Assembly: GCA_951406725.2 (NCBI GenBank)
Contig: OX597820.1
Span: 7,068,001 to 7,132,000, forward strand
DNA from: Octopus vulgaris
Lineage: Eukaryota
Direction: 5' to 3'
Length of the DNA stretch: 64,000 bases
Below the pieces are notes generated by a model that made no database searches, was not told the DNA's origin, and saw only the letters and a program-made list of their open reading frames with translations. A program made the position numbers and the translations under genes. Of the stretch, positions 1-11,730 are shown piece after piece. How positions within the stretch are numbered: position 1 is the first letter of the stretch; every line of letters starts with the position of its first letter.

Positions 1-30
1 CACTGAGAATACTTAAAATATTATTTGATG

Positions 31-70
31 CTTTAACCGGTTTCGCAGTTTACACTGATTTTCAAAAGTT
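31..70 (-). ncRNA. Degenerate minimal hammerhead-ribozyme-like motif
   Basis: Minus strand reads aactt-TTGAAAA-TCAGTGTAAACTGC-GAA-ACCGGT-T-aaag. Palindromic helix III and CAG/CTG helix II are retained; the CUGANGA box is mutated. Confidence 0.35.
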
Positions 71-300
71 CAAATAGAAAGACATGGCTTATATCGCAGC
101 TGTCTTGCTTCTGACTAGTGTTTGAAGCTTGCCCTGTTTTTTGTAGGGAGCTTATGGCTCGAATTAGTATATGTTTCGAATAGGATTTTATTGGACTTAG
201 AATTTTTTGTAGGTTCCCCGCTACATCCGTGTGTTAGAAGCTAGTGAAAATGTTTGGCATCCTAAGATAAGGCTGACACAGTTGAGTGAACATGTCCAAA
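71..300 (-). mobile_element. Possible decayed Penelope-like endonuclease C-terminal remnant
   Basis: Minus frame with stops, SALS*DAKHFH*...NKILFETYTNSSHKLPTKNR, loosely resembles Penelope-like element (PLE) GIY-YIG C-termini. It lies just 5' of the HHR-like motif at 31-70. Confidence 0.25.
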
Positions 301-730
301 CAATCAATGTTCTGAATGTTTTCTGTCATATATATATATATGTATATATGTACTAACAAAATAATAAATGGAACATATGCATGCATACATATATGTGTAT
401 ACCTACAAAAAAACGTAGGTCACAACGAGAAACGCAAACATAAAAACAAAAACATGGAAACGGACTTTTTCAAACAACGAAAAAACAGAGTACAAGACAT
501 ACAGCACAAGGAACGTTCCCCTTCTTCAGCTGCCCCTGCTTCGACTACTCCGTGTTTCGAATGTATTGGCAATGTTTAGCGGCATTTCGTCCGTTTATAC
601 GTTATATATATATATATATATCGCTCAGAGATTTAATATAAAATATTTCTCTCTTGTACGAGACCAGCGACAGTGAGTCGCTAGAAAAGTATATAGTAAT
701 TTTCGAATGGAATGAGCTTGCTAGTGCTTA

Positions 731-775
731 ACACGGGCTGAGGACGGCTCACCACCCAGAAACTCGAGTCCGTGT
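731..775 (+). ncRNA. Minimal type-I hammerhead ribozyme-like motif
   Basis: acacggg-CTGAGGA-cGG ctcaccac CCa-GAA-ACTCGAGT-C-cgtgt. Core boxes intact, 8-nt palindromic helix III, GUC triplet, helix I acacg/cgtgt with a bulge. Confidence 0.55.
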
Positions 776-964
776 GTATCACGGAAGGCTAGACATGGAA
801 GTGATTACCTCCCCTCGCGAATACTAATCGGACACACAATGTGTGTGGTTAGCCAGCTGGAGGAGATGTCTTCCTGGGGCTATAAACAACAATAGCACTG
901 TCCTGTATAGAGCGCCACACTTAGCTGGTAGATATATATATATAAATAAATTTATAAGTAATAA

Positions 965-2254
965 TCTCTTATTATAAAAGGCAGATTTTATCTGCCTCCC
1001 TTTGTAATTTATAGAAATCTACAATATAGGATTTCTTCAATTACAATTTACCTAACATTTTTAAGAGTAGAATGCATCGGGTCATGTCAGGTCCAGTTTT
1101 TAAAATTTAAACTCCAATTAAGCAAAATTTACAGAAAACTCACATTCTGGTGTGTATGTCAAATGCTCTTCTTAATGTGGTTTACACCACACGCAAACGC
1201 ACACACACACACAAAGGGAACGAACTGTTTCACTGACGCTATCACCCTTCTCCTCCTTTGTTTTTGCAAGTTTGCAGCTATTAAAGTGAAAACAGTGAAT
1301 CCGACAGCGATAAAGAAAACGAATTGGTACCTGAATGGAGTGAAAATTTTAAAACTGTTTCTTTCGGTGATCTTTCTGAAGAAACTGGACCAAGCCACAG
1401 ACTTTCCCAGAAGAGTAAAGCCTTACACTATTTCTATTTACTTTTTCGAATGAGCCCATTTGAAATCATTACGGCAGAAACGAAACGTTACGCTAAACGT
1501 AAACAAATCGAAAGTTTGTTATTTCCCACAACCTTAAATGAAATTAAGGCCTATTTTGCCATAAATATTATTATGGGTATCAGAAAGTTACCCAGAATAA
1601 CAAATTATATCGTAAAATTTTGTTGTATACCCAATTGAATATTAGCTAATAACCCATTTTCTATAGCGATGTTTGAACAAAATTTTAATAATTTTATATA
1701 TTGTTGAATTTACCTGTATCTACCTGCAATTAGAGTCACTTTGTGACAAAAATTATAGTATAGAATTGGTTGAGGACATTTCATTAAATTATCTTCCAAA
1801 AATCACGTTAATATATTGATAAATAAAAAAGTTATTTTTGTTTAATGAAACCAGACTAAATTTATGATTACGTTAGAAAATAATTGAAACACATAAGGGG
1901 TGTATTTTGGTCAGAAATATAGTAACGAAAGGGTTAAGAAAAACCAAACCGGGTATCTTATAGTCGTGAGTCATATCGAGCCCTTCTGGGTATTAGCGCG
2001 CGTCTACGATGAGTCTACGATTTAAAAAAATTACCATCATATTTTTCCATTTTAATGCATTTTTTTCGCTATTATATAAGGGAAGTAACTCTCTAAAAAT
2101 ATATACGATGTGTCAACGATTTAAAAAGAAATTTACCTTAATTTTTATTCCATTTTTAATGCATTTTTTTCCCATTTTTTGGCTATAACTCTCTAAAAAT
2201 GCTTATATAGTTATTTCCCTTACAAACCCGAGCAACGCCGGGCGATACTGCTAG
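965..2254 (+). mobile_element. Non-autonomous Helitron-like element with captured piggyBac fragment
   Basis: Termini A|TCTCTTATTATAAAAG ... CCCG-agcaacgc-CGGG hairpin, then CTAG|T; no TSD. The 3' part is shared with 18164-18552. Confidence 0.7.
1324..1937 (+). pseudogene. piggyBac transposase N-terminal fragment plus piggyBac-like right end
   Basis: ORF 1324-1638 GPSHRLSQKSKALHYFYLLF..FEIITAETKRYA..FPTTLNEIKAYFAINIIMGIRKLPRITNY matches the start of piggyBac DDE_Tnp_1_7-type transposases. GGG-TTAA terminus at 1931-1937. Confidence 0.75.
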
Positions 2255-2315
2255 TTAATTATAAATTCATAAATTTGCCTTTTTCGCTTTAATGCTTGCC
2301 GGCCTATTATTAATG

Positions 2316-2316
<1 letters not shown>

Positions 2317-2402
<86 letters not shown>
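2317..2402. repeat. Head-to-head (TTA)n/(TAA)n microsatellite (self-complementary)
   Basis: Directly visible; the run switches strand at about 2363. Confidence 0.95.
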
Positions 2403-2403
<1 letters not shown>

Positions 2404-2504
2404 CTCCTGTATTATACTCATATTTTGTGAACGATATTCCAACAATGACCATCCAACTAGACATGATGTTTTATTGATTATATCGTAAAAGCTGGCCATG
2501 TAAA

Positions 2505-2731
2505 TCGGGGAACTGGCAGAATTGTTAACAGACCGAAAAAAATGTTTAGCAGCATTTCGCTCATTTATACGTTACGAGCTCAAATTCCTCCGAAGCTGAC
2601 TTTGACTAACATTTCTTTCGGGGTCAATGAAATAAGTACTAGGTACGCACGGGGGTCGAAATAATCGAGTTAGCCCCCCCCCTCCCAACCTCCAAAATTT
2701 CAGACATTATGCCTATAGTAGAAAAGATTAT
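2505..2731 (+). mobile_element. SINE family A, old diverged copy (tail type ...gtagaaaagattat)
   Basis: Aligns by eye to 5376-5606: ctggcagaa.., caaattcc, ttcggggtcaatgaaataagtact. Confidence 0.75.
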
Positions 2732-2954
2732 GAAAGCTGGCTACCTTCATTGTTCCTACTTGTATGATTTATTGAGAGTCAGTCAATAAGGATATTATCC
2801 AAACTGTTCCTCTCGTGACCATCCTGTGCTGTATTCAGACACAGCGTATCGTGCAACCCAGCTGCAAATTATTGTTACAGTTGTTGCTATTAACCGCATC
2901 CAAGACAGGACCTAGCATACGTGTAATCATTTAGTTCTGTCCGTGCCCCTTTAA

Positions 2955-2980
2955 TTAGGGTTAGGGTTAACCCTAACCCT
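2955..2980. repeat. Inverted interstitial telomeric-type repeat (TTAGGG)2-TTAA-CCCTAA-CCCT
   Basis: Perfect 24-bp palindrome agggttagggtt|aaccctaaccct at 2957-2980. Confidence 0.7.
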
Positions 2981-3319
2981 TAATTTTCAGCCATTATCTA
3001 TTTAGGAATACACCATCGATCGTGTCCTTCCTTATCCTCAGATATAGTCTGCTCCTTTTAGCACGATGAGCGAACATAATGAAGCTCAGACATTGGCTGA
3101 AATTTCAACATTATAATACATTTCAACATTATAATAGAAACGGCAGTAAAATATGTTGCAATTACTATCAATTATGAATAAATAAATATGGCGGTTGATA
3201 TCAGCTAGAAATATATTGTAGTAAAGACAGTAACTTGACTATATGACGAGCTGACATTGGTTGCGCGTACATGGCAGAGGATATCATATAGAAATATATA
3301 ACAGAATTACCAGCTATGT

Positions 3320-3615
3320 TATAATTAATATGTTCATATCAAATTCTCTGTAGACTGTAGTGGATATGACACGTGCAGTAGAGCGCTATCAGCTGTTGGA
3401 ATATATTAATTAGTATATTGATATTAATTTTCCGGAGACAATAGAAGATATCATAACTGTATTGTAACGATATAAAGTAGAGGAATATATGATAATTAAT
3501 ATGTTCATATTAATTTTGTGACTATAATGGTAGATATCACACAGAAAGTGAAGAAATATCAATTAATAGTGTATATAGATGTGATAATTAGTATGCAAAT
3601 ATAAATTTTTATAGA
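3320..3615. repeat. Degenerate ~85-90 bp minisatellite (about 3.5 units)
   Basis: ataattaatatgttcatat-like motif recurs at about 3321, 3406, 3492 and 3583. Confidence 0.55.
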
Positions 3616-3689
3616 CATTTACCTTATATATACACACATAGAATGAGACAGAGAGAAAGAGAAACAGAGAGATATCGGTATTCTGGTTT

Positions 3690-3878
3690 TATATATATAT
3701 ATATATACATGCATATATTCAAGTGTATATACAAACATATCAACGCACGCGCGCACACACAGATGTATATGTATACATGTATATGTAGATATGTATATAT
3801 AAGTATATATATATGTGTGTGTGTGTGTATACACATGTCTACATATATGCGTGTATATATATATGTTTATATTCAAAC

Positions 3879-3917
<39 letters not shown>

Positions 3918-4161
3918 TATACTTATATATATATGTATATATATATATATATATACTTATATATATATACATATATATATATAGACATATACTTATATAT
4001 ATATATATATATATAGACATATACTTATATATATATACATATATACCCATCCACACATGTATATATAAATTTATGAATGCATGCATATACAGACACACAC
4101 GGGTGTATATATACATGTGTATGTGTGTGTGTATGTATATATATAGATATGTGCGTGTGCG

Positions 4162-4200
<39 letters not shown>

Positions 4201-4430
4201 ATATAAATATATAAATATATAATTTCATACGTGTGTGCGCATAAATGTACTCTATATAAATACTCACACAAACACCAGTTACCTGTCTATCTAGTTATCA
4301 TTCTGATCATACACAAACACACTCGCATGCACACATACATCCGTATAAACGTGTGTGTGTGTTTGTGTGTGTGTATATTGATACATACATACAACATACG
4401 TAGATCATATGTATATGTATATATAGGCTA
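3690..4430. repeat. Compound (TA)n/(TG)n microsatellite tract
   Basis: Directly visible; source of the overlapping Y/I/C/V/H/T ORFs. Confidence 0.95.
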
Positions 4431-4882
4431 GATATGACTATAGGTCGCTGTTTCCATTGCAGAGGGAGTGCCTTCAGATGAAGACTTATTTATGGGATTT
4501 ATTTGTTCTTTTTCTTTCTTGATCTTTTCTTCTTTTCTTTTTTCCTTTCTGCTTCTACTTCTCTTTTATGTGTTTGCGTGTGTGTTTTTATAGCTGAAAT
4601 CGCGAATATAAATCCGGCTAAGAATATAATAGAATCCATAGGAAAGAATGACCAAAGATAGTGAAGAAGGAATGGAAGTTGGAAGTGGAGAGAGTGGTTG
4701 GGAAGAGGTAGATGGAAACAGAATTAGAAATAAAAAAGAAAAACAAGTAAAGAAATAAATATAAACGAAGATATGGCAAAAAAATATTTAGATTTTGGAA
4801 TAAGGTAACGATGAGGAAATATTTTTAGAAAACAGTCGTAAATACAGAGGCCATATACACGCACACACACACACACAAACAT

Positions 4883-4942
<60 letters not shown>

Positions 4943-5375
4943 GTACATACACACGCATATATGAATATGTATGTGTTTACATATTAACGTATGTATATAT
5001 GTCGTCTGTGTGTATACATATGCTCTTATATATGTGCGTGTTTATATATATATATATATAATATATGTATGTACATATTTGTTTATATGCATGTGTACGC
5101 GTGTATGTGTGTATGTATACATATGTGTATACGTAAATTATGATCAGTAACACAACCATAAATATACACACTATTTTTGTCATCCAGGATTTTCATGCTG
5201 AGAGAACAAAGAATGCACTTCATGCGGGATATACAACATTAAGGCGATCCTTTATTAGGTGGAGTTCAAGTCAATCGTGCTGAATCAAGCAGCTGAGAAC
5301 AAGGGTCTCTTACTATTTGCCTTCTTTCAAATAGCATCCACCGCTGGCAACCTATAAGTGGTATTTGAAGGACAG

Positions 5376-5606
5376 CGAGCGAGCTGGCAGAAACGTTAGC
5401 AGGCCGGGCGAAATGCTTAGCGGTATTTCGTCTGCCGTTACGTTGTGAGTTCAAATTCCGCCGAGGTCGACTTTGCCTTTCATCCTTTCGGGGTCGATAA
5501 ATTAAGTACCAGTTACGCACTGGGGTCGAGGTAATAGACTTAATACCTATATCTGTCCTTGTTTGTTCCCTCTGTGTTTAGCCCCTTTGTGGGTAATAAA
5601 GAAATA
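5376..5606 (+). mobile_element. SINE family A (tRNA-derived, Meta/MESC-like core), young copy
   Basis: B box GAGTTCAAATTCC and core GCCTTTCATCCTTTCGGGGTCGATAAATTAAGTACCAG. Perfect 16-bp TSD ggtatttgaaggacag at 5360-5375 and 5607-5622. Confidence 0.9.
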
Positions 5607-5957
5607 GGTATTTGAAGGACAGACATTTCGTCCATGATATCATATGGTACCTTCTGGTGAGTGTCACAGAAATTGGAGTCCTATACCGTTAAAGCCAGAA
5701 AATGCAGTTTCTGCCCAAGCTGGAGTACACTAGACGTCTAGGCTTCGGATATTCATATGCTTACCCTATCAGCATATGCGTATACGTCTGCGCAATTCCT
5801 ACAGCATTAAGAATATTTTAACTCTTATTTCTAGCAAAGTAGGCACATTGGCACACTTAGTCACACTTGGTGACGATTGTGTGTGTGTGTGTGTGTCTGT
5901 GTGTGTGTGTAAATATATATATAAATACATATATACATACACACACACACGCACTTA

Positions 5958-6804
5958 CAAGTGTGATGGGTAAATTGTTGCCATTTTATATTTTCAATTT
6001 CGCGCAGGCGCATAGTTTGTTTTTGATTTTGTCGACTACTCAGTATAGTAGGTTCAGTTGGGCACCGTCTGTGAGAAACACAGCACTATGACACAATTCA
6101 CTCTGCCAGAAATTCGGAAACGACATGCTGTACTGCTTTGCCTTCATGCCGGAAGATTCAATAGGAACAGATGGTGAACACACAGAACAACTGTTGACTT
6201 GCTGTGTCCCCAAAACATGTACCGAGATTGATAAAAATCAAACACCCAGTCTACATCATGGTGTTTCTGGTGATCATTAGTGATGGCGACGTTATGCCCC
6301 CATTCATATTCCTACATAGATGCTTACGTCAAGTGCCTGGAGGAGGTAATACTGCCCTGGTTGAAGAGGGTGACTGCTGGAAGACCCAATGTCCTGGCAA
6401 CAGGACATGGCACACAAGCAGGAGTACCCAATTATGGTTGCCATACAATTTCTGCGACTACATCAACCCTAACACCTAGCCTCCTAATTCCCAAAATTGC
6501 AACCCCATTGTTCATTATGTGTGGGTTGCAGTTAAGCGAGAGACAAACAAAATCTGTTCTAACGCCAAAGATTAAGACAGCATTCACCAATTTAAATAAC
6601 TGGACCGTCCAGAAGAGTTGCAGGAGATTAAGAAGTCGTCTGGAGGCCGTGGTTGAAGCCAATAGCGATTTTATTGGATAGATTTTCTCTTTAGTATTTC
6701 CAGATATTTTTATGCAATTTGGGTAATAGTATCTGTTAAGATGAGATACCAGTGTTATTTTCATTTTTGCATAGTTTAGACGACAATATATTAATCGCAC
6801 CCTG
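5958..6804 (+). mobile_element. Internally deleted Tc1/mariner (maT/DD37D-like) transposon
   Basis: TA-flanked imperfect terminal inverted repeats (TIRs): caagtgtgatgggtaaattgttg and cgacaatatattaatcgcaccctg. Frameshifted transposase KHPVYIMVFLVIISDGDVMPPFIF, YVKCLEEVILPWL, CRRLRSRLEAVVEANSDFI. Confidence 0.85.
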
Positions 6805-6999
6805 TATGTATATATATATATATAAAATATGTGTATACGTACTTATATATACATATATCTGAGCATAGTTTTAAGTTACTGTATGTATGTGTATATTATT
6901 ACATGTTTGTGTGTGTTTGTGTATGTGTGTGTAAATATATGTGAAATACCTCCATTTTACATAATATTGAGGTCTCATTCTTTTGTTGTCATATTCCCT

Positions 7000-7315
7000 G
7001 CCCAATTCCAGATCACAGCATACATGTACACTGCAACATAATTTCTTTTCCTCAACAGGCCCTGCCCTATTTAACATTGTCCCGAAAGGGATCAAAGAGG
7101 AAAAGGATCCCATCAACTTTAAGCGGAGTTTGGATAGATTCATTTAAGGAATACCAGATAAGCCACCCATAATTGGATACAACTCACCCAACAAAAACTC
7201 ACTACTTGAATGGACCATAAACAAAACTTGACTTAAACGGGATTCAAATAATCCTATCAGGTGGTGCTATTAAGTTAGACATGGCCTGGACCAATCATTG
7301 GTCGAAACATATCTA

Positions 7316-7320
<5 letters not shown>
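7000..7320 (+). mobile_element. CR1/L2-like LINE 3' end
   Basis: FSSTGPALFNIVPKGIKEEKDPINFKRSLDRFI*GIPDKP resembles the C-terminus of CR1-group ORF2. Terminal stem-loop GACCAA-tca-TTGGTC, then (TA)n. Confidence 0.7.
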
Positions 7321-7381
<61 letters not shown>

Positions 7382-8691
7382 GGTGGGGGATGTAATGCTA
7401 TGCCAATAACTAAATCCAAGAATAAAGATAGATTTTTATATTGAAAGGAATAAAAAGGGGAAGAAGCGAGTCTAATATTCTTCCGAAGACGTCTCTGATT
7501 ATTGATAAGTGTAAGTCTTGGGGTAACTGAAAGAGAAGACAATCTAGAAGTTTCGGACTGTAGTGGTGGTACAGGAGGGAGGGTTTCTTTCTTGGAACTG
7601 GGAGGGAAAGCGTATCTCGAGGTAGGGATAGGAACAAACAATGCGATTCATGCGTCTGGATAGAAAGTGGTGGGGAGAGTATTCATCTTGGTTGGTGACC
7701 AAACAGTAGAACATGTAGTGCGTGTGTGTTTGTATGCACGTGTATGTGTGCACAATCATGTACATATATATATATATATATATATATGTAAGCATCTATA
7801 TATTTATGCACGCACACACACACATATACTTGCGCATAATTATGTACGTGTGTCTTGGTATGAGTAGAGAGAGATAGGTAGATTTTATTTATGTGTATAT
7901 ATATATATACACACACACGTACAGAGAGAGAGGGAGGCAGAGAGAGAGACATTGCTGAATAAATTATTCTTTCTGTACACATTGTATGCGTGTGTGTGTG
8001 TGTGTGAATATGTGATTGTGTGTGTGTGTTTGTGTGCATTCATTTCTATTAATATTTTCCTGTCCATTTAAAATGCATAAAATCGATCATATTTTCCTAA
8101 TAAATATTCGAGAACAGCTCGAACCCCAAACATGTGTATTCTCAAACAAACCCAACAAGAAACGACGAAATGTAGTTAATATCATGCAATGCAAGCTCCT
8201 AGCAAACTAAACTTAATTATCGCCGCGTTAATCCACTCACGTATGCTTTCTGTTTGACTAGATATAACACCAACAAATATGGCCGACTCTCAGCGGAAAT
8301 TTTCTTTGTTATTCACATAATTACACCTCCGGCCTATAAATTTTATTGGTAGTACATTAAGGAAAGGTGAGCCAGAAAATAAAAACATTCGCTAAACTGT
8401 TTGTTTTTCCTTCGTGCACTAGCATTAGGGGATATGGACTGAGTGAGAACTTTGGATTTCCAGAACAGCTTAAGTGAAATAACCGCCAAAATATATTGAC
8501 AAGAGCAAGACTTAATTCGGCCATAACAAATCACAAACTTCTCTCATCGGGCATAGATATTGGCGACAGACCAATGGATATTATAGTTGGTGAAACCGGA
8601 CAGGAAGTTTAATTTCCGGTGACGAGGGTAAGGCATTCTTTCTTAAGCAGGTGACCAACAAACTGACGAATACCACCACCATCAACACCAT

Positions 8692-8725
<34 letters not shown>

Positions 8726-9070
8726 GTTACCACTACACCGTGACTAAATATTACTGCACACACTTCAGATATATCTCGACTAATGGCAACGTCTTGTGGC
8801 TTAACCGATGACAGAGCGCTTCAAGTCAACATTACAATGGCTCACTAATAAATCGTGTATTTCCTTAAGGATGATAAGCAAACACACACACAGGCACAAA
8901 CGCATACGCACACACACTAACTTGCACACAGACACACACACACACACGTTCGTGTGTGTGTCTATGTGTGTATTTATATATTATATATATATAGTTATAA
9001 ACAGATAAACGTTTAGATAAATGTGAATATAACTAAATATTCACACACACGCACATGCATATATAATCAA

Positions 9071-9127
<57 letters not shown>

Positions 9128-9139
9128 CATATATGTGTA

Positions 9140-9192
<53 letters not shown>

Positions 9193-9207
9193 ATACATAT
9201 ATGTGTA

Positions 9208-9245
<38 letters not shown>

Positions 9246-9454
9246 TGTGTAATTATATATATATATATACGTATATATATTTTTAAATATATATATATAT
9301 ATATATATATACTCACTCATATAAACACATGTTTATGTGTGTGTGTGTGTGTTCGCATACATGTGCGTGCGTGCATATATATATGCCCAAGATACTAAGG
9401 CTGCTAATCGATATTTTATTAGATTTATTTTTTTTAGAAATCGATGCTATTTAT

Positions 9455-9745
9455 TCCGATTTATCAAACTGGCATCGGGCCACAATTTTTGACGGGGAAA
9501 TTGTCAATTATTCCCGGACCCCAATACATGACTGCTACATATTTTATCGATTATTGATAAATGAGAATGTGAGATTCGACAGGATGTGAACCTAGAACGA
9601 AAAAGAATTCCGCCAAACAACGCCGCCAGTGTGTGTGTGTGTGTGTGTGTAGGTTTTTCGAGTAAATAGCAATGGGAAACTCAGCTAAACAACGCCGCCA
9701 ACCACTTTACGCGATGCTCTACCAATTTTACTATTTGCAGCCCTA
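9455..9745 (-). mobile_element. Highly diverged SINE family A copy interrupted by a 58-bp insertion
   Basis: Remnants accccaatacatgactgctacatattttatcga and the head region. Split at 9629-9686 by an insert with a 14-bp TSD. Confidence 0.55.
9629..9686 (-). mobile_element. Very short 5'-truncated retroposon with (CA)n tail
   Basis: Flanked by perfect aaacaacgccgcca at 9615-9628 and 9687-9700. Confidence 0.75.
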
Positions 9746-10467
9746 ATGTAATATATATGTATATCTGAATCAGATATATTTCGGATAAAATCAATAGTTT
9801 TATTGATACGGATTTGTAATAGTTTGATAGGGAAATGGTGTCAATTGAACTGCTACGAAACGAGTTGATAGAATATGAGCCCCAGGAGGGTTGAAGTGCG
9901 TAAGTTTTGTGCATAATGACCAGACTTGTATTGTCACTGAAGGTTCTTTATTTCCCCTTCCGCAGTTAACTGTGAATGTGCGCAAGTTTTTAGTAAACAG
10001 ATTCCATTTGTAACTAACACGTACTTTCTACTATGTACTCTCCGGTTTTTGTGGCAGTAGTGCATCATTTGAGGGAAAATTGGTTGTTGTTTCTAGCAAG
10101 TGTAAAGCTATGCATAGAATATCGCGCGTTCAAACTGCTGTTGACGGTGAGATTTGTCCCCAGTTCAACTCTGATAAAGAAGATGCACGGGGGTGGATGA
10201 TCAGGGGATATGCTTTGAGCCATGGGACTCTAGACCTGTTATAAACCACTTAGTGTGGAATAGTATCATTTTAATCTCAGAAGAACGAGTGATGTAAAGA
10301 TTTGCATCAGTTTAAATTAAGATAAATAACTGAACAGGTCCAATGCCATAAATTTGGATGAGTTGATGTATTCAATGGTGAATGCAGCACATTTTTACAC
10401 AACTGAAATTCGTTTCTTAGACAGAATTTAACAAAAAAGTATAAACTAATGGCATTATTAGAGTCTC

Positions 10468-10871
10468 TCTTAAGGTGGCAAGCTGGCAGAATCGTTAGCA
10501 CGCCGGGCGAAATGCGTAGCCGTATTTCGTCTGCCGTTACGTTCTGAGTTCAAATTCCGCCGAGGTCGACTTTGCCTTTTTATCCTTTCGGGGGCGATAA
10601 ATTAAGTACCAGTTATACACTAGGGTCGATATAATCGACTTAATCTGTTTGTCTGACCTCGTTTGTCCTCTCTATGTTTAGCCCCTTGTGGGTAGTAAAG
10701 AAATAGGTATTTCGTCTGTCTTTGCGTTTTGAGTTCAAATTCCGCCGAGTCACCTTTGCCTTTCACCCTTTCAGAGATCAATAAATTCAGTACCAGTTGC
10801 GTACTGGGGTTGATCTAATCGACTGGCTTCCTCCCATAAAAATTTCGGTCCTTGTGCTTAGAGTAGAAAAG
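10468..10871 (+). mobile_element. SINE family A dimer
   Basis: Full monomer to about 10706, then a second B box/core and tail ...gtagaaaagattatt. 14-bp TSD attattagagtctc at 10454-10467 and 10872-10885. Confidence 0.85.
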
Positions 10872-11231
10872 ATTATTAGAGTCTCACAACGAAAAGGGGA
10901 GATCATTTCGTAAAACTGAAGAATCGGTGTTTTGTTGAGCCAGAATCTTTATCTGAAGTCAATCTCTGAAGTTGATTGGTGATTGAAGTAGACACATGGA
11001 CCAACCTCTAAAGAAGAGTCTTTACTCTATTTATATATGACAGAGTGTGTGTGGGGGGTGTATATGGATATGTCGTTCTTTTGGATATGTCGTTGTTATA
11101 TAACTGTTTGAACGTTTTCTTCAGAACATATCAGAGTGAAGCCTTCGAATGGATCGTACTTGGAGGGAGTCTGTGTCTGTTGTGATGGCAACTGTATAAT
11201 GTATCACGGCTGTAGAATATTGCTTTCAAAT

Positions 11232-11430
11232 TTTAACACAAGGCCGGTATTTTCGGAGGAGGAGGAGGTAAGACGATTACATCGGACCTTAGTGCTCAAT
11301 TGGTCTATTGACGCCGAAAGTATAAATAACAAAGTCAACATCGGCGGAATTTGAACACTGAACGTAGAGACAGAAAAAATTCCGCCAAGCATTTGACTCG
11401 ATGTGCTAACGATACTGCCAGCTCACCGCT
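11232..11430 (-). mobile_element. SINE family A, diverged copy
   Basis: aaagtcaacatcggcggaatttgaac...gtgctaacgatactgccagctcaccgc is the reverse complement of the family A head and core. Confidence 0.75.
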
Positions 11431-11599
11431 TTGCTGACAACTATTATTAATACCCTGGCAGAATACTCTAACGATTGTCTCACTTCTCTTGCTTTTGGAG
11501 CCCAAACATTCAGTGGGGATTCGAACTCTTTTCTCTCCTGCTAAGTCATTATATATTAACAAAAAAATAAGAGCCAAATACGATACAGAAGGTATTTAA

Positions 11600-11730
11600 T
11601 AGGTACCGCATTTTTAAGGATGAAAGGTAAAATCGACCTTGGCAGAACTTGAACTCATAACCTACAGGACATGAACATGTTGCGTTTATCATCGGATTCT
11701 ACGGCATCCAGCGCTATTAATTACGGCAGC
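11600..11730 (-). mobile_element. SINE family A fragment
   Basis: aaggatgaaaggtaaaatcgaccttggcagaacttgaactc. Confidence 0.6.

Noticed and set aside
405-572. CTGAAGA and CGAAAC on the minus strand of a repeat-like block
   Set aside because: The boxes are in the wrong order for one type-I hammerhead and no helix II could be built; probably a related repeat fragment.
7283-7317. Stem-loop followed by GAAAC, HHR-like
   Set aside because: No CUGANGA box; better explained as the LINE 3' recognition stem-loop.
11105-11130. CTGAAGA-AAACGTT on the minus strand
   Set aside because: No helix II; may be chance.
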